Shown piece by piece: positions 40,555 through 43,134 of a stretch of 43,134 bases of DNA. The notes under the pieces are model-generated. The model was given only the letters and a program-made list of their open reading frames with translations. It was not told the origin of the DNA and did not search any database. Each line of letters opens with the position of its first letter. Within the stretch, counting starts at the first letter, position 1. Origin of the DNA: a virus; the IMG/VR virus record IMGVR_UViG_3300045988_126989; one strand, given 5' to 3'. The position numbers and the translations under genes were made by a program.

Positions 40555-40600
40555 AAAAACAGATAGTGGTGTTGAGCAGCATACACTATCTGTTTTTCTT
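40555..40600. terminator. Bidirectional terminator after the int operon
   Basis: ACAGATAGTG-15nt-CACTATCTGT (10 bp), flanked by AAAAA and TTTTTCTTTTT. Confidence 0.75.
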
Positions 40601-40606
40601 TTTGTA

Positions 40607-41371
40607 TTAACTAAATAAGCCTTTCTCTTTTTCAAGATTACTGAATGGAACTGTCATTATTCCATATTCTTTAAAACCTTGTACGATATCGCTTTTTATT
40701 GTTTGAGCATCGTTTAGAATTACAATGCATTTCGCATCGTTTCTAGTCTTTTCTATATCCAACCACGCAAATACTGTAGTAGTCAGACTATCTCTAGTAG
40801 GATTGTTGATTGCCTTGCATAAGCGCTCGTTGTGATTTTTATTTCTTTGAAAGCATAGATCAAATTTTTGAGTTAGTCCTGACCTTCCAACAAATGAAAC
40901 GTTATCCGAAAAATAAATATCATTTTTAATAAAAAAGTTTGTTACATCTTCCAAGAAATATGATGTAGTACGAACTGTATTTGTTAAATACATATCGTCA
41001 ATTTGAAGCATTGTCATTGCTAATTGATGCACTTTAGACGGTAAATCCTTCTCAGATGATAAAACAGTCATTTCATTATCATCACTTAAGGAAACCCCTG
41101 ACAACATGCAAATTTGTTCAATGGTTTTTCTTCTGCTGGATTTTTTATCAATATTAATGCCTGTATCAATAAGATTATTTATAATATATCCATCATCGGA
41201 AACCAAAAACATACCGTTTTCTTTTTTATCATCCACATAGCAAACTATTGAATCTCCTATGTGATCTTCAAAAGGAAGGACTATTTCATGTGCAGTTTCT
41301 ATTTTTTTTACAGATAAATTAGATTTTAAAAAATTCAAATAATTCTTTGCAAAGTCTTTTAAATTTTCCAT
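40607..41371 (-). CDS. DUF1828/DUF1829-like two-domain protein (254 aa), function unknown
   Basis: ..VLPFEDHIGDSIVCYV..LVSDDGYIINNL.. and ..FVGRSGLTQKFDLCF..KAINNP..VILND.. recall the DUF1828+DUF1829 architecture. This is from memory and is not verified. Confidence 0.55.
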   Translation of the reverse strand: MENLKDFAKNYLNFLKSNLSVKKIETAHEIVLPFEDHIGDSIVCYVDDKKENGMFLVSDDGYIINNLIDTGINIDKKSSRRKTIEQICMLSGVSLSDDNEMTVLSSEKDLPSKVHQLAMTMLQIDDMYLTNTVRTTSYFLEDVTNFFIKNDIYFSDNVSFVGRSGLTQKFDLCFQRNKNHNERLCKAINNPTRDSLTTTVFAWLDIEKTRNDAKCIVILNDAQTIKSDIVQGFKEYGIMTVPFSNLEKEKGLFS

Positions 41372-41398
41372 AACACCATTCCTCCCTACAAAAACATT

Positions 41399-41869
41399 TT
41401 AACAAAATCTAGGCATTTCCACCACGCTATTTTTGTTTAATTCAATTACTTTAAATTTTCTTAAAAATTCTACACAATAGTTTACCAAGTTAGGATCATT
41501 GATATCAAACTTTGTTGCATATTTATCTTGGTATTGTTCGGTAAATATATGTAGATGAGTTCCATAAATAATTTCACCGTCCGGATTTTTATGAGCGTGG
41601 TTATCAGGAACTACATCCAATCGCATCAAAGGTAATTTTGCTTCTTTATCTAAGGCAAGATATGTTAGTTTATCAGGTTGTCTGTTACCTCTACGCAAAA
41701 TAATTTTGAATTTATGTTTAAATTCTTCTATAAGATAAGCTTCATATTCATTTCCTTCAGCTGGATTTGGAATTTCAATTTGTTTTTCTCGTAATCCCTT
41801 AAATCCATCTAATAATTTTCTGATTTCTTCTTCTTTCATTTCCTCGTGCACCTCTATATTAATTTTCAT
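41399..41869 (-). CDS. Hypothetical protein (156 aa) with a His-rich motif
   Basis: ..DNHAHKNPDGEIIYGTHLHIF.. Lies between int and the DUF1828-like gene, with gaps of 22 and 27 nt (operon-like). Confidence 0.55.
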   Translation of the reverse strand: MKINIEVHEEMKEEEIRKLLDGFKGLREKQIEIPNPAEGNEYEAYLIEEFKHKFKIILRRGNRQPDKLTYLALDKEAKLPLMRLDVVPDNHAHKNPDGEIIYGTHLHIFTEQYQDKYATKFDINDPNLVNYCVEFLRKFKVIELNKNSVVEMPRFC

Positions 41870-41891
41870 ATCGACATTATTTATGTCTCAT

Positions 41892-42989
41892 TTACAACAA
41901 CTTATTCATCATATCTACAATGCTCTTGTCTTTTGTATCAAACCAGTGTGCATATGTATTGTGCAATGTTTCAACTGTATCTCCTAAGCGCTTGGCTATA
42001 TCAAAATCTGAAAATCCAGCACCTGCCATGTTATTAATTAGAAATGATGCGTGTGAATGTCTAAAATCATGGATTCTTATTTTAGGCAATCCATCATCTT
42101 TTTCTTTTGCCTTATTATATGCATCATCAAATCTTCTTTGCACTGTCTGAGGTGATATTGGTTTATAGTATCCAAATACAAATTTATCTTTTGTAAAATC
42201 ATCCCATTTAGAACATTCTAGAAACCATTCTCGAAGCATTTTAGACAATGTATTAGGCATTGTAATAGTTCTATAGCTATTGTTTGTTTTTGGCGGTGTA
42301 AGCCATTTATTAGGGTCTTTCTCTTTGTATCTATATGTTTTGTTGATGTCTATCGTTTGCTTCCTAAAATCAATGTCTTTCCATTGTAGGGCCATTGCTT
42401 CACCTTTTCGCAATCCCATATAGAATAAAACAGAATAAAAACATTTCATCATTTGTTCATTTACTTCTTCAATAAACAAATCAAAATCATATTGCTGCCA
42501 TATTGTCATTTCTTCTTTTCTTTCATTCAATCTAAGATCACGTTTTACATATGTCATTGGATTGGTTGGAATGTATTCAGAAGTAACACCAAATTTATAT
42601 AGCTTATTTAAAAAGAAATAGATTCTTGATACATATGCCTTTGAATATTTTTCATCAAATTTGTTGATCAAGTTTTGCATTTGCCTTTTATCTAGAAAAT
42701 CAATATCTTTCATTTCCTTAGAAAGGACATTGTACAAATATTCATCTGATTTTAGTGTTGATTCTTTTACATACTTTTTATTATATTCTTTAAAAGCTTT
42801 ATATAGTCTGTCAAAATTCATGTCTGATGGAAGCATAAAGAAATCTTTCCTGAATTCAACCTCAGCTTTTTGTGCTTCCCATTTAGAATCAAAACCACGC
42901 TTACGATATCGCTTTATACATTTACCATCTTTATATATTTTTCCGGCAAACATATATTTTCCTGTCTTCTTATCTAATTCCACTGCCAT
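41892..42989 (-). CDS. int: Tyrosine integrase with an N-terminal arm-binding-like domain
   Basis: 365 aa. ..LRKGEAMAL.., ..IRIHDFRHSHASFL.., ..GDTVETLHNTYAHW.. Adjacent to the terminal repeat. AAGAGGG RBS. Confidence 0.9.
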   Translation of the reverse strand: MAVELDKKTGKYMFAGKIYKDGKCIKRYRKRGFDSKWEAQKAEVEFRKDFFMLPSDMNFDRLYKAFKEYNKKYVKESTLKSDEYLYNVLSKEMKDIDFLDKRQMQNLINKFDEKYSKAYVSRIYFFLNKLYKFGVTSEYIPTNPMTYVKRDLRLNERKEEMTIWQQYDFDLFIEEVNEQMMKCFYSVLFYMGLRKGEAMALQWKDIDFRKQTIDINKTYRYKEKDPNKWLTPPKTNNSYRTITMPNTLSKMLREWFLECSKWDDFTKDKFVFGYYKPISPQTVQRRFDDAYNKAKEKDDGLPKIRIHDFRHSHASFLINNMAGAGFSDFDIAKRLGDTVETLHNTYAHWFDTKDKSIVDMMNKLL

Positions 42990-43012
42990 TTTTTGTGCCC
43001 TCTTATATGTCC

Positions 43013-43041
43013 ATAATATGCAAAAAAAGGGTATAATTCAA
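43013..43041 (-). promoter_or_regulatory. Candidate integrase-operon promoter
   Basis: Minus strand reads TTGAAT (43041-36), 17 nt, TATTAT (43018-13). Confidence 0.5.
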
Positions 43042-43064
43042 TATTTTAATATCAAATTATACCC
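43029..43064. repeat. 9-bp inverted repeat flanking an AT-rich 18-nt spacer (core-site or operator candidate)
   Basis: GGGTATAAT (43029-37) ... ATTATACCC (43056-64). The right arm is the first 9 nt of the terminal repeat. Confidence 0.6.
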
Positions 43065-43134
43065 CAATATACCCCAAGACAAATAAAAAAGCCTTTAAAT
43101 AAAGGCTTAAAATTCGATGGAGCAGATGAGGGGA
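43056..43134. repeat. Terminal direct repeat, copy 2
   Basis: Identical to 1-79. Confidence 0.95.

Larger units (their letters stand above)
1..43134. mobile_element. Complete temperate siphovirus-like phage / prophage genome (43,055-bp unit plus 79-bp repeated end)
   Basis: Contiguous lysis, tail, head, packaging, replication, immunity-switch and integrase modules. The first and last 79 nt are identical. Confidence 0.9.

Overview
The window is one complete temperate siphovirus-type phage or prophage genome, bounded by an exact 79-bp direct repeat (1-79 = 43056-43134), giving a unit length of 43,055 bp. It is AT-rich with Firmicutes-style signals: AGGAGG ribosome-binding sites, TTG/GTG starts and lipoboxes. 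Almost all lytic genes are on the minus strand. The layout, left to right, is as follows. Lysis cassette at 266-1652. An odd 5-gene accessory cassette with its own promoter and terminators at 1732-4118. A small sigma-region-4-like gene and membrane ORFs at 4165-4916. Tail fibre, baseplate, Dit, Tal, tape measure, a -1 frameshifted chaperone and the major tail protein at 4980-16448. Neck, HK97-type capsid, protease, portal, TerL, TerS and HNH at 16454-23502. A 1.1-kb ORF-free, locally GC-rich, highly structured regulatory region at 23503-24631. A plus-strand island of about 7 unknown genes behind a consensus promoter at 24632-27030. The early/replication operon at 27036-38593. A CI-type switch with three operators at 38594-38755. 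A lysogeny operon (repressor plus a Zn-ribbon/YbjQ-like gene) at 38756-39937. An ORF-poor region with palindromes and a G9 tract at 39940-40600. A two-gene cassette plus integrase at 40607-42989. The early operon contains a frameshifted ImmA-like protease, an AAAACTT motif array, two lipoproteins, HNH, dimeric dUTPase, a DnaC-like loader, a replisome organiser with iterons, and a second tyrosine recombinase module. The strongest candidates for something undescribed are the int-linked two-gene cassette, the plus-strand island with its face-to-face promoter switch, the spore-surface-like accessory cassette, the AAAACTT array and the second recombinase module. All functional calls come from motif recognition by eye. 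No database search, HMM or folding program was run.
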